Source: a virus
Lineage: Duplodnaviria; Caudoviricetes
Virus record (IMG/VR): IMGVR_UViG_3300022561_000008
Location: 3,469-67,468 of that record
DNA length: 64,000 nucleotides
Reading direction: 5' to 3' (one strand)
Positions 40,477-50,249 of this stretch are shown one piece after another; the stretch's first letter is position 1, and the number at the start of each line of letters is the position of its first letter. A program made the translations under genes and the position numbers. The notes under the pieces were generated by a model, which did not search any database, was not told the origin of the DNA, and saw only the letters and a list, made by a program, of their open reading frames with translations.

Positions 40477-40988
40477 TAGTAAAATATAAGTTTACCTGTA
40501 TTGAATAGAACTGCTTCTGTTTTGCGCCTATTTGTAAGTCCCTGTAATGACTTACCTGCTGCCTTATTCCACATCAGAAAAGCATCAGTAATCATCGGGG
40601 CATCAGCGTTAGATTTAACCCTTTGCCATAAAGTAGATTTTTCAAGTGCGCCCAATCCGCAATTAAATGCAAAACTCACCAAAGCATCAAATTCTTGCTG
40701 GAGTAATGATTCTTGCCTGTTTAACCAATTCTCAACATATACAACATCGGCAGATAAAAGTAATTCTGCGTGAGGTTCGTCAATGGTAAGAAATTCAGGG
40801 TGGTATTTCAGAACGTCAGCCATTGTTTTTATCCAAATGCCCTTAGGAGTTTTCAATGCGTGACCGTACCCCACAGTGATAATCCCAACTGGATCTGCCT
40901 TGGGTTGTAGCCCTATTTTTGATAAATCTCCATCATGGAGAGATTCGTAGTGTTTGACTAAATTAAATCCTTGCTTTGATGTTTTCAT
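40476..40988 (-). CDS. Endolysin, GH24 phage lysozyme
   Basis: VKHYE..D...TVGYGH catalytic region, QQEFDALVSFAFNCG, GLTNRRKTE. Confidence 0.95.
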   Translation of the reverse strand: MKTSKQGFNLVKHYESLHDGDLSKIGLQPKADPVGIITVGYGHALKTPKGIWIKTMADVLKYHPEFLTIDEPHAELLLSADVVYVENWLNRQESLLQQEFDALVSFAFNCGLGALEKSTLWQRVKSNADAPMITDAFLMWNKAAGKSLQGLTNRRKTEAVLFNTGKLIFY

Positions 40989-41017
40989 GGGCTAAAGATA
41001 AGCATTTTATTCGACAT

Positions 41018-42304
41018 TTACAAATTTGCTTCGTCGTTTCCGTAAATACATTGCGCCCCTGTTGTCAGAGCTGCCCATGTTGCATTATCCTCTACCAAAG
41101 GTATCGGTGTACCGTCATTGTATTTAGTGCATTTCCAATTTGATGCAGTCCATACCTGAGTACCAATCTTAACGAGAGGATATACGTTGCCGTCTATGTC
41201 AGTAATGGTGTCGCCGGGAGTAAATGTTGAGTCGTTTTTTAGGAGGCGAAGAGAACGACCATATTTATCATTGGGTTCATAGGAAAGAAATGATGCAGAA
41301 TTATATTCCAATATAAAACCATAATAAGAACCGGGTATCTGTATGTCAGATACGTGTATTGAAAATACTGCCTTTTGAAATCCGAATACTCCATTTCCAC
41401 CATCTCTTACCCCACTCCCTAATCCATTAAATTCAAACTCGTTTGTTGCTCCCATGTTTGGATCAAGCCAATGAGTTAAACCAGTCTCTTTTAGTTTTCC
41501 GCCAGCCACTGACCACCCACCAAGATATGACTGTAATAAATCTACATCCGTTTGTGGCGGTACGTGCCATCCCACAGGAGCGATACTTGCCGTTTCAAAT
41601 GCGTTTGCTTCGTCGTTGTTATAGGCACACATAGCACCTGTGGTAAGAGCAGCCCAAGCGGTATTGTCTGTAACTTTTGGGATTAGATCACCATTGCGGT
41701 ATTTAGTTTCTGCAAGGTTTTCAGCAAGATACCAAACACTATTAATAAGAACACATTTATATCTACGAAGGTCATTGCCTACGTAAACTGCTGAATTACC
41801 TGATATTTCAATAGGGATGTCAACTATTAAGCGAATAGATAATCCGTATTTTGCAGTACAGGGAGCCGCAAATTCATTCACTAACCCATCACCAATAACA
41901 GCCCTTCCGGTTGAATAATCCCTTACAATAAAATTAGCCTGTTGTTTTATGTCGGTAAACACTTCAACTCGCATTCCTCCTCCGACTGCACCAAATCCAT
42001 AGATATTTAATAACGATCCTGCATACGCCCAAAAGGAAGAGCCAGGCTTAGCTAGATTTTTAAATCTTATTGTATCAGTACTTCCTGTATACGTAAATAA
42101 ATTAGTCCATTCATCATACGAAACAACATGAGAACCAACATTGGCAAGACTTCTTGCATCAGAAGCCGCATACCAATTGTATAAATATCCAAAATTTGCG
42201 CCTGTGGTTTTATATTGCGGTTGCGTACAGAACCAATTATATAAATACCCAAAACCACCCGAAATAGCCTTCAATAACGTATGTGACCAAAAGAAATTAT
42301 TCAT
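41018..42304 (-). CDS. Tandem Fib_succ_major (FISUMP, CLec-fold) domain protein, permuted
   Basis: GYLYNWYA, GWHVP, SIRL/SLRL, DIDGNVY..KIGTQVW, KYRNGD.IP motifs. Confidence 0.85.
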   Translation of the reverse strand: MNNFFWSHTLLKAISGGFGYLYNWFCTQPQYKTTGANFGYLYNWYAASDARSLANVGSHVVSYDEWTNLFTYTGSTDTIRFKNLAKPGSSFWAYAGSLLNIYGFGAVGGGMRVEVFTDIKQQANFIVRDYSTGRAVIGDGLVNEFAAPCTAKYGLSIRLIVDIPIEISGNSAVYVGNDLRRYKCVLINSVWYLAENLAETKYRNGDLIPKVTDNTAWAALTTGAMCAYNNDEANAFETASIAPVGWHVPPQTDVDLLQSYLGGWSVAGGKLKETGLTHWLDPNMGATNEFEFNGLGSGVRDGGNGVFGFQKAVFSIHVSDIQIPGSYYGFILEYNSASFLSYEPNDKYGRSLRLLKNDSTFTPGDTITDIDGNVYPLVKIGTQVWTASNWKCTKYNDGTPIPLVEDNATWAALTTGAQCIYGNDEANL

Positions 42305-42307
42305 GGT

Positions 42308-42490
42308 TTAGTGTTTTTGCAAGTAAGATTTCAAGCATTCAATATCTTCCTCTGTTTTACGATGCACTAAAGAATTTTCACGATGCACTAAAGAATTTTC
42401 ACGATCAGTAATTATATATTCGAACGTTTGCAATTCTCCTGCAAAATACCTGCACGATTTGTCTACTCTTGTGATTTTTATCATTTTCAT
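42308..42490 (-). CDS. Small hypothetical protein with internal 7-aa duplication
   Basis: ENSLVHR x2. Confidence 0.5.
   Translation of the reverse strand: MKMIKITRVDKSCRYFAGELQTFEYIITDRENSLVHRENSLVHRKTEEDIECLKSYLQKH
42359..42405. repeat. 21-bp tandem duplication
   Basis: ACGATGCACTAAAGAATTTTC x2 plus ACGAT. Confidence 0.9.
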
Positions 42491-42963
42491 GGCTTGTATC
42501 CGTTAGTTCCGTTCCACAATAGCAATGATCCGTCGTAGTACCAACTGAACACGTCTTTCAGTGTCAATCCTGATACAATAGGCTGATTATCTACTTTCCA
42601 TATTGCCGGGCTTATTTCGTTGGTATACCCTGCGAATGTCAGCGTATAGATAGCGGATGGATTAATGATTGTCAGGTTGCCGCTTTGTCCTGCGACTAAG
42701 TTTGAAAGTGTGATTGTAGTGTTTCCCGAAAGCGTTAACGTGGCGTGAATACCAATCTTAACGTCCCACGCTGGAGTGAGTCCAGAAAGAGTCTGAACAG
42801 ATTCGTTTGGGCTTGTAATGGTATAAAACTCAATACCCGAAACGTCGGCTTTTACTCTTAGTCCTTTTAGTGCCTGTCCTACATAGGATGCGGGAGCATC
42901 AATCATGTCAGTAATCTTATAATCTTCGATCTGCCAATGTCTTATTTGCCCTGTCGTTTTCAT
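42487..42963 (-). CDS. Tail fibre / virion accessory protein
   Basis: TLTLSGNTTITLSNL beta-rich region; position in tail module. Confidence 0.55.
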   Translation of the reverse strand: MKTTGQIRHWQIEDYKITDMIDAPASYVGQALKGLRVKADVSGIEFYTITSPNESVQTLSGLTPAWDVKIGIHATLTLSGNTTITLSNLVAGQSGNLTIINPSAIYTLTFAGYTNEISPAIWKVDNQPIVSGLTLKDVFSWYYDGSLLLWNGTNGYKP

Positions 42964-45900
42964 ATGTATGTATAATAATTACACATTAAAGTATCGTACT
43001 CGTCTAATACATTTACTATTCTTATTTTGCTATTCTCTTCAAAATAGCCTACTCCTTTTATTTGCTTTTGTCCGTTGATAAATAATTCTACCGTCCCAGC
43101 AATGTACGCATTTAACGTGGTGAATACAGTCCTGATACCATCCGGCAATTCTTCGAAGCGGTAATCTGTCCGTTGTTCACGAACTTTGTCTGCTATGGAT
43201 TCAATTGTCGTGTACTGATACCTAATATCATCAAAACCAATATCAACCAAGTTAGGCCATTCAAATTTGAAATTAAATCTGAATTTATCTATCGTTGGCT
43301 TTAATCCACCCTTAAATTTACTCATTGGGATCGCCACCATCTGCCAATCAGTATTGTCTGGTTTATATCCCATCAGATACTTGCGCTTCATGGCTACCAC
43401 TCCAGTATTGACAGCCCCAAGCATAGATGTTATTATGATAGAGGAACTTTCAGTCCAAGGAAGAGATGTTTTCAGTTTAAATGAAAGAACTCCAGCCTTT
43501 ATTGCAACAGGAGTCGGAGATGTAAATGTCATCTCTGTTGTTTTTAGCGTAATTGCAGGGACTGGAATATTGATTGGATTAACAGAATCGTCAAAAGCCA
43601 TAATCGGACGTAGATTCATGGTGTTATTTTTATCCCACGTATCAGCAGATCCATTTGCGAAATTAATAGCTACAGCCTTTTTCCATCCTGATTCTGAGGA
43701 CGACCAATACCATTCCTCCTTAAGTCCGCCTATTCTATCTTTATTTATCCACATCAAATACAATTCAGCCTGAGACGGCATGTGTCCATATCCATAAATA
43801 CCAAATTTATAATCTGTACAATATTTGGCCGCTCCTGTTCTGGCAACATTATTAGACATCATTAAAACCGTGTTTGGCTTTCCGTCTCCAATTCCGGCAG
43901 CTCCTGATCCTACCACGCCTGCGCCTGTTAATCGTGACCAAATACATGGCTGAATATCTGTCGGGGCGGCAATAAGCCCACTTCCCCCATTCGCAGACAA
44001 CCACAAAATAATTCCATCTTTATATTTATCTCCAATCTTATGAAATGGTATTGATTGCTCGGTTTGTGGGACATTCGTTTTTAATTTTATCCTTTTAAGT
44101 CCGGTTGCTGGCGTGTCGATAGATGCAAAATCAATAGTTGTATAATTATCAACTACTAAAGCTGTCGCCCAGTCTGGCGGTGTATTTTCTAAATAAACCC
44201 AATCTACATCTAATCCAGTAGGCACAAGCGCACCAGCTTCGATCCTAACTTCCATAAAAAATAACTGCGTTCCGGATAGAACCAACCCGATAGGGTTTGT
44301 TGCAGGAATACCCGTAGTTATGTTTAGGTTTCCAAATATATCACCATAAAATGTATCTATTCGTGGTAGTGTTGGATCGGCAATAGAAAGTGGAATGTCT
44401 CTACCAAAAGATGTATATTTATCGCCCAATATCTTATAATTAATATCTGTTGCGGTATATGTCAACCCTTCTTTCCATAATATCGCACCGTCAATAATTC
44501 CACTACTTACATCATTTTCACCTTGCAGATAAGTATTGAGTGTTGTTTCTGTAAGATCTATATTGGTTATTTTGTTTATAATTTCACTATTCCGTATTTC
44601 CGTAATCCGAGTAAGACGATCAGACTCGGACATTATAGCAGTTGATATATTTATTGCGGTGTCTATACCTCGTCTAACCAAATCTAATGCAGTAAGAATT
44701 GGTTTGTCCGAAAGGGTTATTTCATATTTCGGCAACAATCCTCCATATGTGATGTTTAGTTGCTGTATGATTATGGCATTATTTAGACCAATATCCGAAT
44801 CTAATAGAGATAATTTGTCACCTTCAAATAGTGTATTTTTTAATCCGCTATTTACCATATATATTTCATTTATCCCTAATCCATAAGCAAATTTTGAATG
44901 ATCATTATCCGCCAAGTATGCATATCCCAATGCGGCCAATTCTAATTCAGCCACATCCACATAAATCTGTGGCATATAAATTCCAGTAATTACAAACGTA
45001 TCTCCGGCAGAAAGAAATGTCACATTGTCTGGTAAAGGAAACGTGCTGTCCGTGTTGCGATTGGCAGTAATAGTGTATCCTGTTTCGGACATAATCACAT
45101 GTACCACATCTAATGCAACTCCACCCATTCTGCCAGATGTAATCTCTATCTTAACGCCACTTCCTTTTACTGTGTTTATATCAAATCCTATGTCTGGTAT
45201 TTCGAATTTAAAATCTGCTTTTGTGCTACCCGCCTCAATAAGCTCTGTTGATATGATTTGATCTACTCTGCCATTCGAAATTGAATCTCCTCCAGCCGCC
45301 CTGATAGCCTCTCCGGTCATGTTTTTAATGGACGGTTTAACCGTTTCGTCCCTGAATGTCCCTTCTCTGATTCCGTATATTGCTTTATTTCCAGCTGAAG
45401 CGTCCAAATAATCTATGCCAGTAGTCTCGTAATCTGGCAACATTAGTTCTGTTATGTACTGAGCCACGGGAATCACGCTGCCTGTTCCTTTTTTGTAATT
45501 TAGCGGTAAATTTTCAGTAGATCCATAACACCTAAGTCTTGTTATGACTGGATCGTTGCTTGCCAATACTCGATCTAATGAGTAGAGTGGATTGCCTTTG
45601 CCATACTCGAAAGTAGTTGTTTGTAGTGTGCCGGAAACACCAATGGTAATTATTCTTCCTTTAACGATAAAATTCAGCCCATACACGGTATTGGCTTGTA
45701 GTAGTGCATCCCATATCTTCGAGTCAGTAAGGGATATGTTATGTATCTTGTCGGTAGCATTGGAGTCTACATTTACCATCCAAGCCTGCCCACCTGTATA
45801 TAGTCGGTTAAGATTTGCCTGAATCCTTCCGGCAAGCATTTGTACGTTTCCAGTAAACTCAACCTTGGATAGTCCGGTATAATGTAGGTTATTATCACCT

Positions 45901-46193
45901 AACACGACATCGAGAAAATCGCATTTTCTCAACTCATGACTAAATGGGACAAACACAAGCTCATAAGAGAAGGCGTTACCTATCGATCCGGCAGAGGCGA
46001 TCTTCTTGGCTGTTGGCGTATAATCCAAAACAAACCGTTCACCCCTGAAATTTACATAATCATCCGGTAAGAAATTGATCATTACCGGAGATTCCGCATT
46101 CAAACTTACCGACCTGTCAGACATGAAAGATCCGGTGTACTTATATTGATCGGTGGCGTATAGTTGTGTTCCGCCTTTAGAATATACTATCAT
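42960..46193 (-). CDS. Tail tip/baseplate hub (Tal-like) protein with internal DUF1566-like CLec domain
   Basis: Hub-type N-terminus (FEYGKGN..ITRLRCYGS.ENLP); MPSQAEL..YWSSSE..NLRPIMAF DUF1566 motif. Confidence 0.75.
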   Translation of the reverse strand: MIVYSKGGTQLYATDQYKYTGSFMSDRSVSLNAESPVMINFLPDDYVNFRGERFVLDYTPTAKKIASAGSIGNAFSYELVFVPFSHELRKCDFLDVVLGDNNLHYTGLSKVEFTGNVQMLAGRIQANLNRLYTGGQAWMVNVDSNATDKIHNISLTDSKIWDALLQANTVYGLNFIVKGRIITIGVSGTLQTTTFEYGKGNPLYSLDRVLASNDPVITRLRCYGSTENLPLNYKKGTGSVIPVAQYITELMLPDYETTGIDYLDASAGNKAIYGIREGTFRDETVKPSIKNMTGEAIRAAGGDSISNGRVDQIISTELIEAGSTKADFKFEIPDIGFDINTVKGSGVKIEITSGRMGGVALDVVHVIMSETGYTITANRNTDSTFPLPDNVTFLSAGDTFVITGIYMPQIYVDVAELELAALGYAYLADNDHSKFAYGLGINEIYMVNSGLKNTLFEGDKLSLLDSDIGLNNAIIIQQLNITYGGLLPKYEITLSDKPILTALDLVRRGIDTAINISTAIMSESDRLTRITEIRNSEIINKITNIDLTETTLNTYLQGENDVSSGIIDGAILWKEGLTYTATDINYKILGDKYTSFGRDIPLSIADPTLPRIDTFYGDIFGNLNITTGIPATNPIGLVLSGTQLFFMEVRIEAGALVPTGLDVDWVYLENTPPDWATALVVDNYTTIDFASIDTPATGLKRIKLKTNVPQTEQSIPFHKIGDKYKDGIILWLSANGGSGLIAAPTDIQPCIWSRLTGAGVVGSGAAGIGDGKPNTVLMMSNNVARTGAAKYCTDYKFGIYGYGHMPSQAELYLMWINKDRIGGLKEEWYWSSSESGWKKAVAINFANGSADTWDKNNTMNLRPIMAFDDSVNPINIPVPAITLKTTEMTFTSPTPVAIKAGVLSFKLKTSLPWTESSSIIITSMLGAVNTGVVAMKRKYLMGYKPDNTDWQMVAIPMSKFKGGLKPTIDKFRFNFKFEWPNLVDIGFDDIRYQYTTIESIADKVREQRTDYRFEELPDGIRTVFTTLNAYIAGTVELFINGQKQIKGVGYFEENSKIRIVNVLDEYDTLMCNYYTYI

Positions 46194-46195
46194 AA

Positions 46196-47710
46196 TTAGT
46201 ATTTATATGTGCCTATGTCGCTATTCACCCTTGTTGCGTTGTCGTAATCCTTGGTAACTCCGGCAGCATATCCGGCAGCTATTGCAGGTGATCCGGCAGA
46301 TAATTTATAATTATGATTGTCTTCATCTACAAATAGCGGATTTGCATTATTAATATTCCCCGTAATTGTAACGCCTGTAGCTGTGCCATAAACAGCATTT
46401 CCGCCCATGCACATATTATTGGCAACTATCGTACTCGCATAAGTATAAGACACTTGAGCCACATGAATAGCCGAGCTATACTGATCTTTGAATAGATTGT
46501 TGGCTATTAAGCTATTATTGAGATTTCCATATAAAACTACGTGACCCTGAACTGTTGCGTTGTAGTTCCCGTTTTCGCATGTGTTATGTAGAAACTTAAC
46601 GTAAGTTGACGTTAATCCGCTGCCTGAATATATCTGCATCGAGAATCCTCTCTGCATATTATAGAATATATTATTCTGAATAGTTACGCGATCACATCCC
46701 TCAATATAAGCTCCGTGATCGTGGTCTTTCCAGTAATCAACAAATTCTCCGACGTAAACACTTCCAGCTTCGGTTGGCGATAATCTGCCTATATCGTGAA
46801 TCAAGCATCTCTCAATCATTATGTCGCTCGATTGCTTACAGTAGATTGCATCTAATCCCCACGTGATAGATGCCTTATATCTGCCGTTATCATGAATATG
46901 ACAATCCCTAATATTGATACCAGATGATCCATTAACAATGGCAACAGACATGGTGGCAGTTCCTTTTATTTCAAAACCTTCAACATTAAAATAGTGCGCA
47001 TTATCAAAATGAAATCCATATTCACTGGCATTATTATTTCCATTTAGCACCGCCATCCCTTTATTTCTGGCTTTTATTGTTATTGGCGCACCAGCCGTTC
47101 CACTCTTGCTTGTGTAACAAAAATCTCCGGTAATCGTATATACCCCATCTTCAACTATGATAGTGTCGCCAGCTACTGCTTTATTTACCGCAGCCTGAAT
47201 TGTCAATAACGGTAATTCATAAGTTCCGGCATTTGCATTATTTCCTGTTGCCGATACGTATAGCGCATTTGGGTAAACTATGGGAGTTACACCCATGTAT
47301 GCCTTGATACTATCTTTCAATCCAAGCCAAGTCCACTGGTATTTCGCTCCGGCTCTCTCGATCCAGATTAGATCGGTATCGGTTGGGACATATCCGGCAG
47401 TTGCGGCAGAGAATAACGTAGATGGGATCACCCCGACCTTAGCTTCAATCTCCGCCTTAGTTATATCCGAGTTTTTCTGCGCATTTGTGGGCGCATGAGT
47501 CGATTGGGAATGATTATAGGCAGTTAATCCCTGATCGCCTCTCATAGCGGTAGTAGAACTCACCCCTAATGTTAGTGTTCTGCCAGCTAAGATTGCGGTA
47601 GGCGTGGTGTATTGCGGATCAGCTATTCCGGCGGATTCTCTAATCAATATCTTATCAGTGTCCAATACCGTACTTCGAAAGGACATATCGGAAGGGAATT
47701 TCTTTGGCAT
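46196..47710 (-). CDS. Tail spike with right-handed beta-helix (pectate-lyase-like)
   Basis: YVSATGNNAN..TIQAA..AGDTIIVEDGVY, repeated I.N..I..N, GSPAIAAG..NSDIGTY. Confidence 0.85.
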   Translation of the reverse strand: MPKKFPSDMSFRSTVLDTDKILIRESAGIADPQYTTPTAILAGRTLTLGVSSTTAMRGDQGLTAYNHSQSTHAPTNAQKNSDITKAEIEAKVGVIPSTLFSAATAGYVPTDTDLIWIERAGAKYQWTWLGLKDSIKAYMGVTPIVYPNALYVSATGNNANAGTYELPLLTIQAAVNKAVAGDTIIVEDGVYTITGDFCYTSKSGTAGAPITIKARNKGMAVLNGNNNASEYGFHFDNAHYFNVEGFEIKGTATMSVAIVNGSSGINIRDCHIHDNGRYKASITWGLDAIYCKQSSDIMIERCLIHDIGRLSPTEAGSVYVGEFVDYWKDHDHGAYIEGCDRVTIQNNIFYNMQRGFSMQIYSGSGLTSTYVKFLHNTCENGNYNATVQGHVVLYGNLNNSLIANNLFKDQYSSAIHVAQVSYTYASTIVANNMCMGGNAVYGTATGVTITGNINNANPLFVDEDNHNYKLSAGSPAIAAGYAAGVTKDYDNATRVNSDIGTYKY

Positions 47711-47721
47711 ATTTGAGCGTA

Positions 47722-48357
47722 TTAATATGTTATATAATCGCCTGCATCTGTCGTGATTATTTCTCCCATATTGGTCGGCTGCTTCACGATTGTATTTAAT
47801 ACAAAGATAGCAAAATGATCGGGATCGGCAAATGTTTTACTTATAGGGATGTCTGCGGCATAAGTTGCATTAGTTCCATCATCCCAAAACACTATTGCCG
47901 GAACGTCGAATGTTGTAGTTATCGTGTCGGAAACAGTCGAAAGTGCATAACACAAAGGATTATTAATCTTCACCTTCACGGTAAAAACTACCGCCTCATC
48001 TACTATCCTATGATGAGCTTTGCTATCATAGCTGACGTAGCGACACCTGATTCCGCGCTGGGAATATTCATCGTACAGGTTGAACTCCGCTCCTTGCAGA
48101 TAGGTTAGGAATGTTCGGATAGCTTCAGATGCAGTTCGTAAAACTCCTTTATATACAAACTCTAAATCCTGTTCGTATGCTTTAAAAACAGGAATAGCCG
48201 GAACGTATTCTTCATCTCCTTGCTGATCTACCCAATCACGCTTGAACATCTCCTTAACTTCGAGCTGTCTGTCTGGAATCGACTTAGTAGTGATTCCAAA
48301 GGCTACTTGGAGGTCGAGCTTGAGAGAGGTGGATTTCTGAATGTATGTTTTGTTCAT
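47722..48357 (-). CDS. Distal tail (Dit-like) protein
   Basis: KEMFKRDWVDQQGDEEYVP..EFVYKG..LYDEYS pattern. Confidence 0.65.
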   Translation of the reverse strand: MNKTYIQKSTSLKLDLQVAFGITTKSIPDRQLEVKEMFKRDWVDQQGDEEYVPAIPVFKAYEQDLEFVYKGVLRTASEAIRTFLTYLQGAEFNLYDEYSQRGIRCRYVSYDSKAHHRIVDEAVVFTVKVKINNPLCYALSTVSDTITTTFDVPAIVFWDDGTNATYAADIPISKTFADPDHFAIFVLNTIVKQPTNMGEIITTDAGDYITY

Positions 48358-48416
48358 ATATTTTTATTTATAATATAAGCGGAGAGATTTCGTCAAAAAG
48401 TGCCTATATGTGAACC

Positions 48417-48584
48417 TTATAGCCTATCTTGCCAGTGATGCCAAAAACGTATAAGTCTAATTAAACCGGCCACTTTTTTAGCATATCGCTTTCCCGAATA
48501 TGTTGACTTTATTTGAGAGCGCGAACGGTCATTGGTAAGCAATCGGCTTACATTTGACCAGTTTATTAAATCAAGTGGATTCAT
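48417..48584 (-). CDS. Small putative DNA-binding protein
   Basis: MNPLDLINWSNVSRLLTNDRSRSQIK..RL*, 55 aa, ATGA overlap; read manually. Confidence 0.55.
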   Translation of the reverse strand: MNPLDLINWSNVSRLLTNDRSRSQIKSTYSGKRYAKKVAGLIRLIRFWHHWQDRL

Positions 48585-48799
48585 CGAGATGAAATACTAC
48601 ATTTATCGCATTCCGATGGTGCGAAATCGACTTCTTCGCTATCGTCTGGGAAAGGGATATAATCGCCACATTTTTGACACAAACCCTCTACGGTCATACA
48701 ATAGGGACATCTAAATATTTCATCGTAAGAAAACCTCATTATTTCATCTTCGTACCGTTCACACTGCTGGCAATTGCCCGATTTTACTTGTTTTGTCAT
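48581..48799 (-). CDS. Cys-rich Zn-binding small protein
   Basis: CQQC, CPYC, CQKC, CDKC. Confidence 0.65.
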   Translation of the reverse strand: MTKQVKSGNCQQCERYEDEIMRFSYDEIFRCPYCMTVEGLCQKCGDYIPFPDDSEEVDFAPSECDKCSISSR

Positions 48800-48851
48800 T
48801 TTTCTTAGTTTTAAATATCCTGTAAATATAACTCATTTGAATATTAAAACC

Positions 48852-48885
48852 AAATATATATTACTCAAATGAGTAATATATATTT
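48852..48885. promoter_or_regulatory. Palindromic operator overlapping a -7 promoter
   Basis: AAATATATATTACTCA-AA-TGAGTAATATATATTT; TATATTTG on minus strand at 48851-48858. Confidence 0.65.
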
Positions 48886-48921
48886 TTCAATCTTGTTTCA
48901 ATAGGTTCCAAATAACTAAAC

Positions 48922-49260
48922 CTATTTAATCATGGTTTTCTTAAACCGGACATATCGCGCGATTGACAGATGATTAGCCTTGATTTCTCGTAATAGGACA
49001 TCAAAATCGAAACTGCCTTTTTGTTTAAAATTCAATGATCCGTTTATATATCCGTTAAAATACATGAGCAAACATTCTTCAGTTGTCAATGTAATTTTAG
49101 CCGTATCAGCTTCTATTTCTTTGATAACTTGATTGAATTTTCCTGAATTAATCATTTGCGAAAAAGCACTATCTGCCCTTACAAATAACTTTTCATATCG
49201 GTTTTTAGCGATGCAATTGACCGATAATAAAACTGCTAAAATCAATAGTAATTTTTTCAT
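48922..49260 (-). CDS. Secreted/periplasmic hypothetical protein
   Basis: MKKLLLILAVLLSVNCIA signal peptide. Confidence 0.65.
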   Translation of the reverse strand: MKKLLLILAVLLSVNCIAKNRYEKLFVRADSAFSQMINSGKFNQVIKEIEADTAKITLTTEECLLMYFNGYINGSLNFKQKGSFDFDVLLREIKANHLSIARYVRFKKTMIK

Positions 49261-49305
49261 TTTAAATTATTGTTGTTTCATTAGAGGTTCCTAAATGTGA
49301 ACCTT

Positions 49306-49542
49306 TTATGTCATTTCAACTGGCTTTCTCCAACCTTCTGGATATTGCTCTACAAGTTCAATTTCACCTGTAATTTCAGCAAGTTCAGGAGGCAATGATA
49401 CTGCCCATAATTCTGCGCTTTCTGATTTGTTGTGCATAGACCACCTATCAGCATTATATCCATCCCTATTGAGAATTAAATATGCTTGTATTGATGCGAT
49501 ACAAGCAGTAGCTTTTGCCTCTACGTCGAATATTGCTATCAT
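49306..49542 (-). CDS. Hypothetical virion accessory protein
   Basis: 78-aa ORF coupled to the LamG gene. Confidence 0.6.
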   Translation of the reverse strand: MIAIFDVEAKATACIASIQAYLILNRDGYNADRWSMHNKSESAELWAVSLPPELAEITGEIELVEQYPEGWRKPVEMT

Positions 49543-50246
49543 AGTATTGCGTATTTTTTTTCTAAATAATTATAAATAATACCTTCATTTGTTACCGTGT
49601 CGGATACTTTTCTGAATATCATTTCCTTCACTACGATATTTGCAAATGCACTAGTGTTACCAGCACATCCTATTGTTATCCCACTCATGTTATTTACTCC
49701 TGGATTTCCAGTAGTGGCAGCGGTTTTATTTATTTTAAGCTTTGAATTTACTCCATATAATAAGAATCTAATAATTCCAAATGCTCCTGGGATTAAATTT
49801 GAATTACCGAGAGCGGGTGCATTACCGACATACGATTCAATATTTGGAGATGTTGTATATTCGTACAGAGCTCCAGTATTATTTATATATCCATCCATTA
49901 TGAATGAGTTATGACGCCATATTGGCATTTTTAACACTAAATACATAAATTCTGGCTGATTAAATGTAAATGAAGTCGTTTTCAGGTAATCATTGATCCC
50001 ATCAAATGTAATTCCAGACGCCCCCCATAGTGGTTGACTCGCTCCGGTTGCCTGTATTAAATCATGCCCACTGCCAAGTTTATCATTCCACCTACTCACG
50101 AAGTTAGACCCATCTTTTATAACCGTTGCTATATTTGATGAATCATACCACGCAACCGTATTCCCGTCCTTTAAAATGGCGGGCGGTTGGTTCAACAATG
50201 TTGCACTGCGAACTGCATTCAATCTATTTAAATATTGTAACAACAT
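49539..50246 (-). CDS. LamG / concanavalin A-like lectin protein
   Basis: VAWYD..VSRWNDKLGSGHDL.QATG.SQP..ITFDGINDYL. Confidence 0.8.
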   Translation of the reverse strand: MLLQYLNRLNAVRSATLLNQPPAILKDGNTVAWYDSSNIATVIKDGSNFVSRWNDKLGSGHDLIQATGASQPLWGASGITFDGINDYLKTTSFTFNQPEFMYLVLKMPIWRHNSFIMDGYINNTGALYEYTTSPNIESYVGNAPALGNSNLIPGAFGIIRFLLYGVNSKLKINKTAATTGNPGVNNMSGITIGCAGNTSAFANIVVKEMIFRKVSDTVTNEGIIYNYLEKKYAIL

Positions 50247-50249
50247 ACC

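Noticed and set aside
41018-46193. Diversity-generating retroelement targeting the FISUMP or DUF1566 domains
   Set aside because: No reverse transcriptase and no near-identical TR/VR pair differing at adenines seen in this window; the repeated FISUMP halves are too diverged
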